Source of the DNA: Candidatus Stammera capleta
Lineage (GTDB): Bacteria; Pseudomonadota; Gammaproteobacteria; Enterobacterales; Enterobacteriaceae
Direction: 5' to 3'
DNA length: 64,000 bases
Assembly: GCA_036689245.1 (NCBI GenBank)
Contig: CP144771.1
Span: forward strand, 246,274 to 310,273
Shown: positions 22,465 to 33,247 of the stretch, one piece after another
How positions within the stretch are numbered: position 1 is the stretch's first letter
Layout: every line of letters starts with the position of its first letter
The notes under the pieces: generated by a model
What the model was told of the DNA's origin: nothing
The model's database searches: none
The model's input: only the letters and a program-made list of their open reading frames with translations
Translations under genes and position numbers: made by a program

Positions 22465-23448
22465 TTATAAATTTAAATTAATTAAAAAAACTAAATCAGT
22501 AATTAATATATTTCTATTAATATTAATAGATTTTACTAATTCATTCATTAAAAGAAATATTTTTTTTAAAATTAAAAAAATATTATTAATATTAATTCTT
22601 TTATAAAAGAATATTATTATATCAAACATATCTATGTTTATAATATTTATATAATCTCCTAAATTATATTTAACTATATCAATAAATAATGTAGATAACC
22701 AATATAATTTAAAATTTAAAAACTTATCATTAATTAATTTTATTAAACAATCTATATCATCAGATATACTGATGTAAAATTTATTTAAAAAAAACAATCT
22801 TTTTTTCCATAATTTTCTTAAATAATAATAAGAAATTATTGGAGACTTATTACTTAAACGAATAGCTGAAATAATAGATTTTTTATCATAAAAAGAAATT
22901 TTTTTATTAATTAAAATCAATAAATAATACTCTTTAGGAGAAGATAATCTATATAAATAACATCTACTTAATATAGTAGGTGGTATATTAATATTATTTA
23001 AACAAGAAAATATAAATATTGTTTTAAAAGGAGGTTCTTCCATTAATTTTAATAAAGAATTAAATGTAAACATATTTAAAAATTTAGTTCTAGGGAAATA
23101 TATAATTTTATATTCAGATAAATAAGAATCTACAAATAATTTTTTTTTCATAAATTCTATTTCACATAAATTAATAATATTCTTATAATTTTTTATAATA
23201 TATATATCAGGATGATTATAAATATTTAATAAATTACAATTTAAACAATTATTACAACTAATATAATTATATTTTTTAACACAAATTATCCATTTAATTA
23301 ACTCTAAAACTAAAATATTAACTTTTAATTCTGAAGAATAACTAATAATTAAATTATAATTAAAGTATTTTAAACTCCATAAATCTATAATTTTTTTATA
23401 AAAATAATTTAACCATGGATATTTTAAAAATTTTTTTGATTTAACCAT
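22465..23448 (-). CDS. holB: DNA polymerase III subunit delta'
   Basis: 327 aa. YPWL N-terminus, Cys cluster CNNCLNCNLL, LLKLMEEPP and ILSRC. Follows tmk. Confidence 0.88.
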   Translation of the reverse strand: MVKSKKFLKYPWLNYFYKKIIDLWSLKYFNYNLIISYSSELKVNILVLELIKWIICVKKYNYISCNNCLNCNLLNIYNHPDIYIIKNYKNIINLCEIEFMKKKLFVDSYLSEYKIIYFPRTKFLNMFTFNSLLKLMEEPPFKTIFIFSCLNNINIPPTILSRCYLYRLSSPKEYYLLILINKKISFYDKKSIISAIRLSNKSPIISYYYLRKLWKKRLFFLNKFYISISDDIDCLIKLINDKFLNFKLYWLSTLFIDIVKYNLGDYINIINIDMFDIIIFFYKRININNIFLILKKIFLLMNELVKSININRNILITDLVFLINLNL

Positions 23449-24065
23449 AAATAAATTTTTCTTTTTAAAAAAATAAATATATTTTTTAAACTTAAATTAG
23501 CATTTATAATTATTTTATTACCTTTATAAATTCTAAAATAATTTTTATAAAATGAATAAACCCTATAAAAAAATCTTATACTTTCTCTTTCTATAAAATC
23601 TAATTTTCTAGAATTATATATTCTCATCAAAGATGAGAAAGGTGATATATCTAAATATATTACTAAATCTGGTAAAAAAAAATTAATAAATATTTTATCT
23701 AAAAATCTTATTAAACTTTTACTAATATTCCATCCATAACCTTGATAAGCTAAACTACTAAAATTATATCTATCAGATATAACATTATATCCTAAATTAA
23801 TATTAGGTAAAATAACTTTTTTTAATAATTGAATACGAGATGCATATAACATCAATAATATTGACTCTTTAACAATAAAATTACTATTAAAATTATTATT
23901 TAAAATTAAATTACGTATATTTTCTGAAAATAAATTACCTCCAGGATCACGAACTAATTTTATTTTTTTAAATCCATAAATTTTTAAAATCTTAACTAAA
24001 AATTTACATATAGTAGATTTTCCTGAACCATCTATACCTTCTACAACTATAAATTTTCCTTTCAT
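23424..24065 (-). CDS. tmk: Thymidylate kinase
   Basis: 213 aa. P-loop GKFIVVEGIDGSGKST and DRY motif ISDRYNFSSLAYQG. Confidence 0.94.
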   Translation of the reverse strand: MKGKFIVVEGIDGSGKSTICKFLVKILKIYGFKKIKLVRDPGGNLFSENIRNLILNNNFNSNFIVKESILLMLYASRIQLLKKVILPNINLGYNVISDRYNFSSLAYQGYGWNISKSLIRFLDKIFINFFLPDLVIYLDISPFSSLMRIYNSRKLDFIERESIRFFYRVYSFYKNYFRIYKGNKIIINANLSLKNIFIFLKRKIYLWLNQKNF

Positions 24066-24206
24066 AATAATATAAAATATAAATATTATAATTAATATTA
24101 AAAATAAACATCAATATTTAATTTTTTTTTAAATATATAAAATTTATTTATCATTTTATTATATAATAAAATTATATTTTAAAAAAAATAAATAAGGATT
24201 AATATT

Positions 24207-24806
24207 ATGTTAGTAGGTAAAAAAGCTCCAAATTTCATTTCAAATGCAATATCTCCTGATGGAAAAATAATTGAAAAATACAATTTTAAAGAAAATAATA
24301 AAAACTATAATAAAGTACTATTTTTTTGGCCCTTAAATTTTACTTTTGTATGTCCTTCAGAAATATTAGCTTTTAATAAAAGATTAAACGAATTTAAAAT
24401 AAGAAACACTATTATAATAGGAGTATCTATAGATTCAATCTATAGTCATATAACATGGAGAAATACTCCTATAGAAAAAGGAGGAATAGGAAAAATAAAA
24501 TTTACAATGATATCAGATATAAATAAAGAAATACAAGAATTATACAATGTTAAACATGTTAATACAGGATTATCATTAAGAGCTACATTTATAATAGATA
24601 AAAATAACATAATAAGACACCAATCAATAAATGATTTTTTTATAGGAAGAAATATAAAAGAAATATTAAGAATAATTGATGTAATAAATTTTCACGAAAA
24701 AAACGGATTAGTATGCCCTGCTCAATGGAAAAAAGGTAAAAAAGCAATAGAACCTAACATTGAAGGAATAAAAAAATACTTACAAAAAAACATAAAAGAT
24801 TTATAA
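24207..24806 (+). CDS. ahpC: 2-Cys peroxiredoxin (AhpC/TsaA family)
   Basis: 199 aa. Peroxidatic Cys motif FTFVCPSEI and resolving Cys GLVCPAQW. AAGGA Shine-Dalgarno upstream. Confidence 0.92.
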   Translation: MLVGKKAPNFISNAISPDGKIIEKYNFKENNKNYNKVLFFWPLNFTFVCPSEILAFNKRLNEFKIRNTIIIGVSIDSIYSHITWRNTPIEKGGIGKIKFTMISDINKEIQELYNVKHVNTGLSLRATFIIDKNNIIRHQSINDFFIGRNIKEILRIIDVINFHEKNGLVCPAQWKKGKKAIEPNIEGIKKYLQKNIKDL

Positions 24807-24824
24807 TTTACTAATTTAATAAAA

Positions 24825-25124
24825 ATGAAAATATTTTTAAATTTAATAAAAAAACATTCTATATTAGTAATATTATTTACTTTTATAAGTTTATTATATA
24901 TTATGGTAATATATCCTCAACAAATAAAAAAAAATAAAAAAATAAAAATAATTAAAAAACTTAAAGAAAATGACGAAATTTTAATAAACAATTGCATTGT
25001 TGGTAAAATTACAAAAATTTTAACTTCTAAATATGTAGAAGTTTTAATAAATAAAAAAACTAAAATAATAATTAAAAAAAGTTCTATATCTCTAATTTTA
25101 CCAACAAAATATTTCAAAAAATAA
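24825..25124 (+). CDS. yajC: Sec translocon accessory subunit YajC
   Basis: 99 aa. One TM helix, then PQQIKKNKK...NDEILINNCIVGKITKI, matching E. coli RPQQKRTKEH...GDEVLTNGGLVGRVTKV. Confidence 0.85.
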   Translation: MKIFLNLIKKHSILVILFTFISLLYIMVIYPQQIKKNKKIKIIKKLKENDEILINNCIVGKITKILTSKYVEVLINKKTKIIIKKSSISLILPTKYFKK

Positions 25125-25126
25125 AT

Positions 25127-25294
25127 TTATTTTATTTTAAACTCATTATAAATAACATGTTTCCTAATAACAGGATCATATTTATTAATATTTATTTTCT
25201 TTACTGTATTTCTAGTATTTTTATAAGTAGTATAAAAATGACCACTACCTGACGAAGAAACCAATTTTATCTTTAACCTAGTACTTTTAGCCAT
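25127..25294 (-). CDS. rpmG: 50S ribosomal protein L33 (not in the supplied ORF track)
   Basis: Hand translation gives [55 protein letters not shown], compared with E. coli [28 protein letters not shown]...FDPVVRQHVIYKEAKIK. Directly downstream of rpmB. Confidence 0.93.
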   Translation of the reverse strand: MAKSTRLKIKLVSSSGSGHFYTTYKNTRNTVKKININKYDPVIRKHVIYNEFKIK

Positions 25295-25300
25295 AAATAA

Positions 25301-25528
25301 TTATTTAAACTCTTTTTTATTTTTTATAAAACATTCTAAACCATTTTTATCTATACATCTAATAGCTTTAGTAGTTAATCTTAATCTAATAAATCTTTTT
25401 TTCTCTTCTGACCAAAATTTATGATAATGAATATTAGGAATAAATTTTCTTTTCGATTTAGACATAGAATAAGATCTTTTGTTTCCAAAAATAGTTTTTT
25501 TACCAGTTATAAAACAATATTTAGACAT
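25301..25528 (-). CDS. rpmB: 50S ribosomal protein L28
   Basis: 75 aa. MSKYCFITGKKTIFGNKRSYS...KRKFIPNIHYHKFW compared with E. coli [21 protein letters not shown]...KRRFLPNLHSHRFW. Confidence 0.95.
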   Translation of the reverse strand: MSKYCFITGKKTIFGNKRSYSMSKSKRKFIPNIHYHKFWSEEKKRFIRLRLTTKAIRCIDKNGLECFIKNKKEFK

Positions 25529-25583
25529 AAATTAAACTCAATTTAATATTAATAATATATTTTTATTAAATAAAATTAAAAAT

Positions 25584-28500
25584 TTATTTTTTTTTAAATA
25601 AATTAAACAAATAAATTTTGCTTACTATTAAAGTAAAATTATATTTATTATTATAAAAATTTTTTAAATAACCATATAAAACTACTGTGTTATATAAATC
25701 TATACAATTAGAATAAAGAATATAAATATCTTTAAAAATTAGAATTTCAATACATCCATAACTATCATCTATTATGATTATACAAATACGATTTTTATTT
25801 CTAGTAGATAAAAATTTTATAGAAACTATAATACCTGTAATAACTACACTAGTATTAACTTTTAAAAAACACAAATCTTTAATTTTAACTAAATTAATAT
25901 ATTTTTTATATATATCTTTAATATAAAGATTAATAGGATGATTAGTCAAATATAAACCTAAAACTTCTCTTTCTTTACTTAATTTATATTCTTCTGAATA
26001 TTTAATATTATTATGTAAAGATAATTTTTTTAAAAAAGATACATCTATATATGAATCAAAGTTTAATATACTTAATTGCTTATTAAATATAAATTTATTT
26101 TTATATTCAACATATTTTATAACATTAGGTAATATATCTAATAATTCAAAACGATCATTTTTAAAAATATCAAATACACCAGACAATATTAATTTTTCTA
26201 AAACATTTTTATTAATTTTTTTAGAATAAGTTAATAAACAAAATTCTAAAAAATTTTTAAATTTACCATTTTTACTACGAATATTAATAATATATTCTAC
26301 AGAATTTTTACCTAATCCTTTTATTGCACCAATTCCATAAATAATATTTTTATTACTATCAATTATAAAATAATAATAACTATCATTAATATTAGGAGGA
26401 ATTATTTTAATTTGTTTTTTTTTAATTTCATTAATTACTAAAACTATTTTGTCAATATTATCTATATCAGAATTCATAAAAGAAACAATATATTCAGATA
26501 TAAAATTAGCTTTTAACCATAAAGTTTGATATGCTATTAAAGCATAAGAAACAGAATGAGATTTATTAAATCCATAACTAGAAAATTTTTCAATCAATAA
26601 AAAAATTTTTAAAGATATATTTGGTTTAATACCTAATTTAACAGATTTATTAAAAAATTTTTTTTTATGTTCTTTTATTTCATCATAATTTTTTTTAACC
26701 ATAGCTATTCTTAACATATCAGCAGATTGTAAACTATAATCAGCAAAAATTCTAGCTATTAACATTATTTGTTCTTGATATAAAATAACACCATATGTAT
26801 CTTTTAATATAGGTATTAATAAGTCATGTTGAAACTTTTTATCAGGATAATATATATTTTCTATTTTATTTTTACGATTAATATAATTATCTACCATTCC
26901 TGATTTTAATGGTCCAGGTCTAAATAATGCTAATAAATCTATTATATCTTTAAAATTAGATGGTTTTAATTTTTTTATTAAATCTTTCATACCATTAGAT
27001 TCTAACTGAAATATTGCAGTAGTATCAGATTTTTTTAAAATATTATAACTTTTAAAATCATCTAAAGGTATATTAGATATATTTATATGATCACAAATAT
27101 TTCTTCCTTTATTAATTATTTTAATAGTATTGTCAATAATAGTCAAAGTCCTTAAACCTAAAATATCGAATTTAACTAAACCAATATATTCTATATCATT
27201 CTTATCAAATTGAGTAATTAATTTATTAGTTTCATAATCATAAAAAATAGGACAATAATCTGTTACTAAAGTAGGAGAAATTACTATACCACCTGCATGT
27301 TTACTAACTCCTTTAATTATACCTTCTAATTTAGAAGATAAACAAAATATTTTTTTCACTTCACTATCAGTATCATAAAGATATTTTAATTTACTTTCAA
27401 AAGAAAAAGCAGTTTTTAAAGTAACATCTATACCAAAAGGTATCAATTTAGCTATATAATCTACAAAATAATAAGAATAACCTAAAACCCTACCTACATC
27501 TCTAATGACAGATTTAGCAGTCATAGTATTAAAAGTAACAATCTGTGATACAGATTCCTTACCATAAATTTTTTCAATATGACTTAAAACTTCATCTCTT
27601 CTATACATACAAAAATCTATATCAAAATCAGGCATTGATAATCTTTCTAAATTAAGAAATCTTTCAAAGATTAAATCAAATTTTATAGGATCAATATTAG
27701 TAATATTTAAAGAATAAGCTACTAAAGATCCTGCTCCCGATCCTCTACCAGGACCTACAGAAATTTTTTTTTCTTTAGCCCAATTAACAAATTCCATAAC
27801 TATTAAAAAATAATCTGAAAAATTCATTTTTTTAATAACAATTAATTCTTTTATTAATCGCCTAAAATAAATTTTTTTATTTAAATTTAAAACAAAAATT
27901 TTTTTCTTTAAATTTTTATATGATATATACCTTAAATATTTATAAGAAGAATTAAAATTACATAAAGTAAATTTAGGTAAATAAAATTCACTTTTTAAAA
28001 ATAAAAAATTACATCTTATGGATATTTCTATACTATTTTTTAAAACTTCTGGAATATCTAAAAATAAACAATTCATTTCTAATTGATTTTTAAAATATTG
28101 ATGTCTAGTATAAAAAATCATTTTATTAACATTACGTAAAGAACATCCATGATATATAGCAGATCTTATTTTATTAATATAAAAATCACTTTTTTTAATA
28201 AAATAAACTTTATTAGTAGCAACTAATGGTATTTTAAGCTTAAATGATAATTCTAATATATCTAATATATTACTATTTTCATTAATTTTACCTATTCTAG
28301 ATATACCAAAATAAATCCTATCATAAATATATTTATTCCAAAACAAAATAATTTTTTTAAAAGAAATAAAATCTTTAAAAACAATAAATCTTCCTATATC
28401 ACTATTATCTTCAATAGGAAATATAAAAATTAAACCTTTATTAAATTCCACTAAAAATTTATAATTAATTAATGGATAACCATCAATATTTTTATAAGAT

Positions 28501-28808
28501 ATTGATATTAATTTAATCAAATTTTTATAACCATATTTATCAATAACTAATAAAGTTAAAGGAAAAATATTATTTTTATTATTATAATAATAATTAATAT
28601 CTGTACCTATAATAGGTTTAATATTATAATTATAAGAAGATTTAACAAATTTTATAATACCAGACAAACTAAAAAAATCAGTTAAAGCAACAGATGACAT
28701 CTTTAAATTAGATGCTCTTTTTACAAGACTATCAATTTTACATAAACCATCTTTAAAAGAATAATCACTATGTACATTAAGATGTACAAAATCATTTTTG
28801 TACTTCAT
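25584..28808 (-). CDS. dnaE: DNA polymerase III alpha subunit (C-terminally shorter than E. coli)
   Basis: 1074 aa. PHP N-terminus FVHLNVHSDYSFKDG, palm motif PDFDIDFC, and GLVKFDILGLRTLT. Confidence 0.97.
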   Translation of the reverse strand: MKYKNDFVHLNVHSDYSFKDGLCKIDSLVKRASNLKMSSVALTDFFSLSGIIKFVKSSYNYNIKPIIGTDINYYYNNKNNIFPLTLLVIDKYGYKNLIKLISISYKNIDGYPLINYKFLVEFNKGLIFIFPIEDNSDIGRFIVFKDFISFKKIILFWNKYIYDRIYFGISRIGKINENSNILDILELSFKLKIPLVATNKVYFIKKSDFYINKIRSAIYHGCSLRNVNKMIFYTRHQYFKNQLEMNCLFLDIPEVLKNSIEISIRCNFLFLKSEFYLPKFTLCNFNSSYKYLRYISYKNLKKKIFVLNLNKKIYFRRLIKELIVIKKMNFSDYFLIVMEFVNWAKEKKISVGPGRGSGAGSLVAYSLNITNIDPIKFDLIFERFLNLERLSMPDFDIDFCMYRRDEVLSHIEKIYGKESVSQIVTFNTMTAKSVIRDVGRVLGYSYYFVDYIAKLIPFGIDVTLKTAFSFESKLKYLYDTDSEVKKIFCLSSKLEGIIKGVSKHAGGIVISPTLVTDYCPIFYDYETNKLITQFDKNDIEYIGLVKFDILGLRTLTIIDNTIKIINKGRNICDHINISNIPLDDFKSYNILKKSDTTAIFQLESNGMKDLIKKLKPSNFKDIIDLLALFRPGPLKSGMVDNYINRKNKIENIYYPDKKFQHDLLIPILKDTYGVILYQEQIMLIARIFADYSLQSADMLRIAMVKKNYDEIKEHKKKFFNKSVKLGIKPNISLKIFLLIEKFSSYGFNKSHSVSYALIAYQTLWLKANFISEYIVSFMNSDIDNIDKIVLVINEIKKKQIKIIPPNINDSYYYFIIDSNKNIIYGIGAIKGLGKNSVEYIINIRSKNGKFKNFLEFCLLTYSKKINKNVLEKLILSGVFDIFKNDRFELLDILPNVIKYVEYKNKFIFNKQLSILNFDSYIDVSFLKKLSLHNNIKYSEEYKLSKEREVLGLYLTNHPINLYIKDIYKKYINLVKIKDLCFLKVNTSVVITGIIVSIKFLSTRNKNRICIIIIDDSYGCIEILIFKDIYILYSNCIDLYNTVVLYGYLKNFYNNKYNFTLIVSKIYLFNLFKKK

Positions 28809-28861
28809 ATATTATATTTTTACTAATTAATTTTAAAACAATAAAATATATTAATAAAAAT

Positions 28862-29365
28862 TTACTTTAAATTCATTATTTTTGTTACATCATGAGTAAT
28901 ATTAATTACATTAATATAATTATAATAAATAACAAAATTAGAATCTAAAACTAAATCTATATTTTTTATTTTAGATAAATATTTAACTATATTTTTTATA
29001 TTTAAAATAATTTTATTATACATAAAGATATTTTTATTATTTATAATATTTTCTGTTTTTTTAATATCATTTAATATAATATTTTTTCTTATAAAAATAT
29101 CATTTTTAATAGAATTAATTTTCTTAACACTAAAAAACTTAATTTTTTTTTTTAAATTATTTTCTTCATCATTAATTTTTTTAATTTTTTTAGTATATTT
29201 AACAATATATTTTTTTATATCAAAATTTAATTTTTCATTAAATTTTTTATATTCTATAGAATTTTTTAAAACATAATTAAAATTTAAAAAAGCAATTTTA
29301 CATGAAGCTTTTACAAAAAAAGGAAAAAATAATAAAATAAATATAAAACATATAAATTTTTTCAT
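28862..29365 (-). CDS. skp: Periplasmic chaperone Skp (OmpH)
   Basis: 167 aa. Signal peptide, KIAFLNFNYVL (E. coli KIAIVNMGSLF), and a C-terminal IDLVLDSNFVIY...ITHDVTK. Lies between bamA and dnaE. Confidence 0.85.
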   Translation of the reverse strand: MKKFICFIFILLFFPFFVKASCKIAFLNFNYVLKNSIEYKKFNEKLNFDIKKYIVKYTKKIKKINDEENNLKKKIKFFSVKKINSIKNDIFIRKNIILNDIKKTENIINNKNIFMYNKIILNIKNIVKYLSKIKNIDLVLDSNFVIYYNYINVINITHDVTKIMNLK

Positions 29366-29388
29366 ATTTTAATACCATTAAATAACAA

Positions 29389-31788
29389 TTATAAATCATT
29401 TTTAATACTAAATTGAACAATATTTAATTGATCATTATTAATTTTTTTTAAAGGATATCCAAAAGATATATTTAATATACCTAAAGGAGTATTAATTTTA
29501 AAAGATAAACCTACAGAAATTTTATACATATTCTTAATACTATTAAGATTAGTATCATAATTAGTAATATCTTTAATTTTTTTTAAATTTGTATCTAATA
29601 TAAAACCAGTATCTAAAAAAATTGATGACCTAATTTTTTTTAAATAATTTGTATTTAAAATATTATTAAAAGGTACTATTAACTCAGTATTAAAAGAATT
29701 TATAAAATTACCTCCAGAAGGTTCATTATATTTACATGAATTACTACTAATACAATTTAAATAAATATTTTTAGGACCAATACTATCAATATTTAAACCA
29801 CGAATAAAATTACTTTCATTAGAAAAAAAATTTTCATAAAAAGGAAATTTACCATTATATAAACTATTTCCATAACCATTAAAAAAATCAAAAAACAAAA
29901 TCCAATCTTTATTATTAAATAAAGGTATATATTTTAAAAAAGAAAATGTATTTTTATAGTAAAAATTACTAAAACCTGGAATAGTAATTTTATTGTTTAT
30001 ATTTAAATAAAATCCTGAATTATGAAATAAATTATTATCTAATTTATTTATAAGTAAATTACTAACTAATAACAAATCATTTAAAATATATTCTTTAACA
30101 ATTTTTTTCTTAATATTTAAATTATTATTTAAATATTTTAAATACATATTTAAAGATAATTGTTTTGATTCTATATTAAATAAAGAATTATTTTTAAAAT
30201 TTAAACCTAACTTAATATTTAAATATTTATTTAAATAAAATATAATATTATTTTCAAAACCCCAATTATTTCTTAATGAAATATTATTATAATTTTTATT
30301 TTTTTTTTTAAAATTAAAAAAAAAATTATTATCAATAAATATATCCTTATAATTATAAGGATAAACATAACTTAAATAACTATTATTAGTTAAATTATTT
30401 TTTAATCCTTTAATAATAAATTTATCACCTAAATAATATAAATTATTTTTAGACAAAAATAAATTATATTCAATACCATGTTTAATATCATATCCTAAAT
30501 TAAAATTTAATATACCATTATTTTTAATTTCTTTAATATTATATATAACATCAACTTTATTAGAAAAATTATTTTTTTTAATATCTACTAAAACATTATC
30601 TAAAAATCCTAAATTTAATAAATTTACTACTCCTTTTCTAACTAAATTTTCATTTAATATAAAATTTTTAAATTTAGGAATTTTATCAATTAAAAAATTA
30701 AATTTTAAATATTTATTTCCATTAAATATTATTTTACGAACATAAAAAATTTTACCTAAATTTAAATCAAAATAAATTTTTATTAAATTATTTTCATATT
30801 TTTTAATATAAAAATTAATTTTTATATCATAATACCCCTTTTTTCTAAAATATAATTCTATAGTTTTATAAATTTCACTAATTTTTAATAAATTAAAATC
30901 ATTATTATTATTAATATATAAATTTTTAATTTTATCAACAATATTTTTATATTTATAATTATTATTTATTACAATATCTTTAATTAAATATTTAAATCCT
31001 TTATTAATAAATACAAATAATTTGATATTTTTATCATTAAGAAACTTAAAATATATTTTTTCAACTTTAAAATCTAAATAACCATTACTTATATAAAAAA
31101 ATTTTACATATTTAAAAAAATCAATAATTTTATATAAATTAAAATTATTTCTTTTAAAAAAAACTAAAAAATTTTTATTTAAATTTTTATCTAATAAATA
31201 TAATATATTTTTTTTATCAGATTTATCTATACCATTTAAAAATATATATTTCAAATTTAAATAATTTCCTTCATTAATAATTAACTTTAATATTACACTA
31301 TTTTTTATAAAAATTTTATCTACTTTTAAAGAAACATTATATTTACCTATACTACTATATAATAATATTATTTTTTTATTAAATTTTAACAAATTTAATT
31401 CATTTAAAAAATAACCTTTTTTAATATTAAATTTATCTAATAAAGATAAAAAAAATCTATTACTAAAATCATTAGTATTTTCTACTATAATATTAGATAT
31501 AATATTTTTTTTAAAAAATTTAAAATTAAATTTATCATTAATTTTATATACTTTAATATCTTTAAAGTAACCTAAATTATACAAATTTTTAATAATTAAA
31601 TTAATTTCTTTATAATTAATTTTTTTATAAAAATATTTTTCTATAATAAATTTATAAAAAAAATCATTTTTATCAATACCACTTAATGTATAATTTTTTT
31701 TATCAATAAAATTATTACTATAACAATTAAAACTAAAAAAAAAATAAAAAATAAAAAAAACAAAAAATTTTTTCATGTAAAATAACAT
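29389..31788 (-). CDS. bamA: Outer membrane protein assembly factor BamA
   Basis: 799 aa. Signal peptide. Size and position (uppS-bamA-skp) match E. coli. Beta-barrel-like C-terminus ending in an aromatic-rich segment. The POTRA region is very diverged. Confidence 0.88.
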   Translation of the reverse strand: MLFYMKKFFVFFIFYFFFSFNCYSNNFIDKKNYTLSGIDKNDFFYKFIIEKYFYKKINYKEINLIIKNLYNLGYFKDIKVYKINDKFNFKFFKKNIISNIIVENTNDFSNRFFLSLLDKFNIKKGYFLNELNLLKFNKKIILLYSSIGKYNVSLKVDKIFIKNSVILKLIINEGNYLNLKYIFLNGIDKSDKKNILYLLDKNLNKNFLVFFKRNNFNLYKIIDFFKYVKFFYISNGYLDFKVEKIYFKFLNDKNIKLFVFINKGFKYLIKDIVINNNYKYKNIVDKIKNLYINNNNDFNLLKISEIYKTIELYFRKKGYYDIKINFYIKKYENNLIKIYFDLNLGKIFYVRKIIFNGNKYLKFNFLIDKIPKFKNFILNENLVRKGVVNLLNLGFLDNVLVDIKKNNFSNKVDVIYNIKEIKNNGILNFNLGYDIKHGIEYNLFLSKNNLYYLGDKFIIKGLKNNLTNNSYLSYVYPYNYKDIFIDNNFFFNFKKKNKNYNNISLRNNWGFENNIIFYLNKYLNIKLGLNFKNNSLFNIESKQLSLNMYLKYLNNNLNIKKKIVKEYILNDLLLVSNLLINKLDNNLFHNSGFYLNINNKITIPGFSNFYYKNTFSFLKYIPLFNNKDWILFFDFFNGYGNSLYNGKFPFYENFFSNESNFIRGLNIDSIGPKNIYLNCISSNSCKYNEPSGGNFINSFNTELIVPFNNILNTNYLKKIRSSIFLDTGFILDTNLKKIKDITNYDTNLNSIKNMYKISVGLSFKINTPLGILNISFGYPLKKINNDQLNIVQFSIKNDL

Positions 31789-31882
31789 TAATTATTAAAT
31801 AATAATTTCTTTTTATATTTAATTAATTTTTAATATATATATTATATTAAAAAATTATATATTATAATAATATATTAAATAA

Positions 31883-32602
31883 TTAATTACTTATTTTACC
31901 AAATCTTCTATCTCTAAAAGAGAAATTTTCTATTGCACGTAAAAAATCATCAATATTAAAATCAGGCCATAAAACATCAGTAAAATATAATTCAGAATAA
32001 GCTATTTGCCATAATAAAAAATTACTTATTCTTTTTTCTCCACCTGTTCTAATTACTAAATCAACTGGAATAATATTACCTAAACATAAATTTTTACTTA
32101 CAATAATATCATTTATTTTACTTAAACTAATAATCTTACAAAAAATTTTATCAATAATTTTTTTAATACAATTAATTATATCCCATCTACCTCCATAATT
32201 TATAGCAATATTCAATTTTAAACCACTATTATGCCTAGTTAAATATTCTATTTTAACAATATTCTTATATAAATAAGAAGGTAAATTATATTTATCACCT
32301 ATTATTTTTACACAAACATTTTTTTTATGTAAATAATATGTTTTTCTTTTAATAGATAAATAAAATAATTTCATTAATTCATTAACTTCTAAATATGGTC
32401 TATTCCAATTTTCACTACTAAAAGCATATAATGTTAAAACATTTAATTTAATTTTTATAACATAATCAATAATTTTATTCAAAGATTTTAAACCTTCTCT
32501 ATGACCATAAATACGGTTTTTTTTTCTAATATTAGCCCATCTTCCATTACCATCCATAATTATGGCAATATGTTTAGGTATTTTTTTGTTATTAATATTC
32601 AT
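31883..32602 (-). CDS. uppS: Undecaprenyl diphosphate synthase
   Basis: 239 aa. HIAIIMDGNGRWA, LYAFSSENWNRP and RTGGEKRISNFLLWQ. Confidence 0.95.
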   Translation of the reverse strand: MNINNKKIPKHIAIIMDGNGRWANIRKKNRIYGHREGLKSLNKIIDYVIKIKLNVLTLYAFSSENWNRPYLEVNELMKLFYLSIKRKTYYLHKKNVCVKIIGDKYNLPSYLYKNIVKIEYLTRHNSGLKLNIAINYGGRWDIINCIKKIIDKIFCKIISLSKINDIIVSKNLCLGNIIPVDLVIRTGGEKRISNFLLWQIAYSELYFTDVLWPDFNIDDFLRAIENFSFRDRRFGKISN

Positions 32603-32683
32603 ATTTAAAATATATAAATTAAATTTAAATAAAAAATAAATTTCATTATTAATAAATAATTTATTTAATTACTATTAATCAAT

Positions 32684-33247
32684 TTATTTGTTTAAAATTT
32701 CACGTTCTTTAATTTTAAAAATTATATTAATTTTCTCAACTAAAGAATTAGTTATATTTTGTAATTTATTATTAATAATTTTACAATAACTATCATTTAT
32801 ATCTTTATCTTTTAATAAATCTTTTATTTTATTCTTAAAAAATTTCCTTTTATTTCTTATAGCTACTTTAGCTAATTCTTTTTCTATCTTTAAATTTTTT
32901 AAAACATTATTTCTTCTTTCTTCAGTTAAAATAGGTATATGTAAAATAATATCATATTTATCTCTTAACATATAAACATCTAATTTAGATAATAAAATAG
33001 ATTTTTCTACATTTCTAATTATACATTTATCAAAAAGAGATATTCTAATAGTAGAACTATTATCTATTGATATTCTAGATAAATCATTTAAAACATAAGT
33101 TTTATCATAACATTTAATAATTAAATGAGAAATAATTTTAGTATTAATACGACTAATATGAATTCTTTTAATTTTTTCTTCAAAATAAAAAATACATTTT
33201 AACATTTCTTTTTCTATTAAAGATTCTTTAATTAAATCATCTGACAT
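32684..33247 (-). CDS. frr: Ribosome recycling factor
   Basis: 187 aa. Size and position upstream of uppS. PILTEERRNNVLK resembles E. coli PPLTEERRKDLTK. Confidence 0.88.
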   Translation of the reverse strand: MSDDLIKESLIEKEMLKCIFYFEEKIKRIHISRINTKIISHLIIKCYDKTYVLNDLSRISIDNSSTIRISLFDKCIIRNVEKSILLSKLDVYMLRDKYDIILHIPILTEERRNNVLKNLKIEKELAKVAIRNKRKFFKNKIKDLLKDKDINDSYCKIINNKLQNITNSLVEKINIIFKIKEREILNK

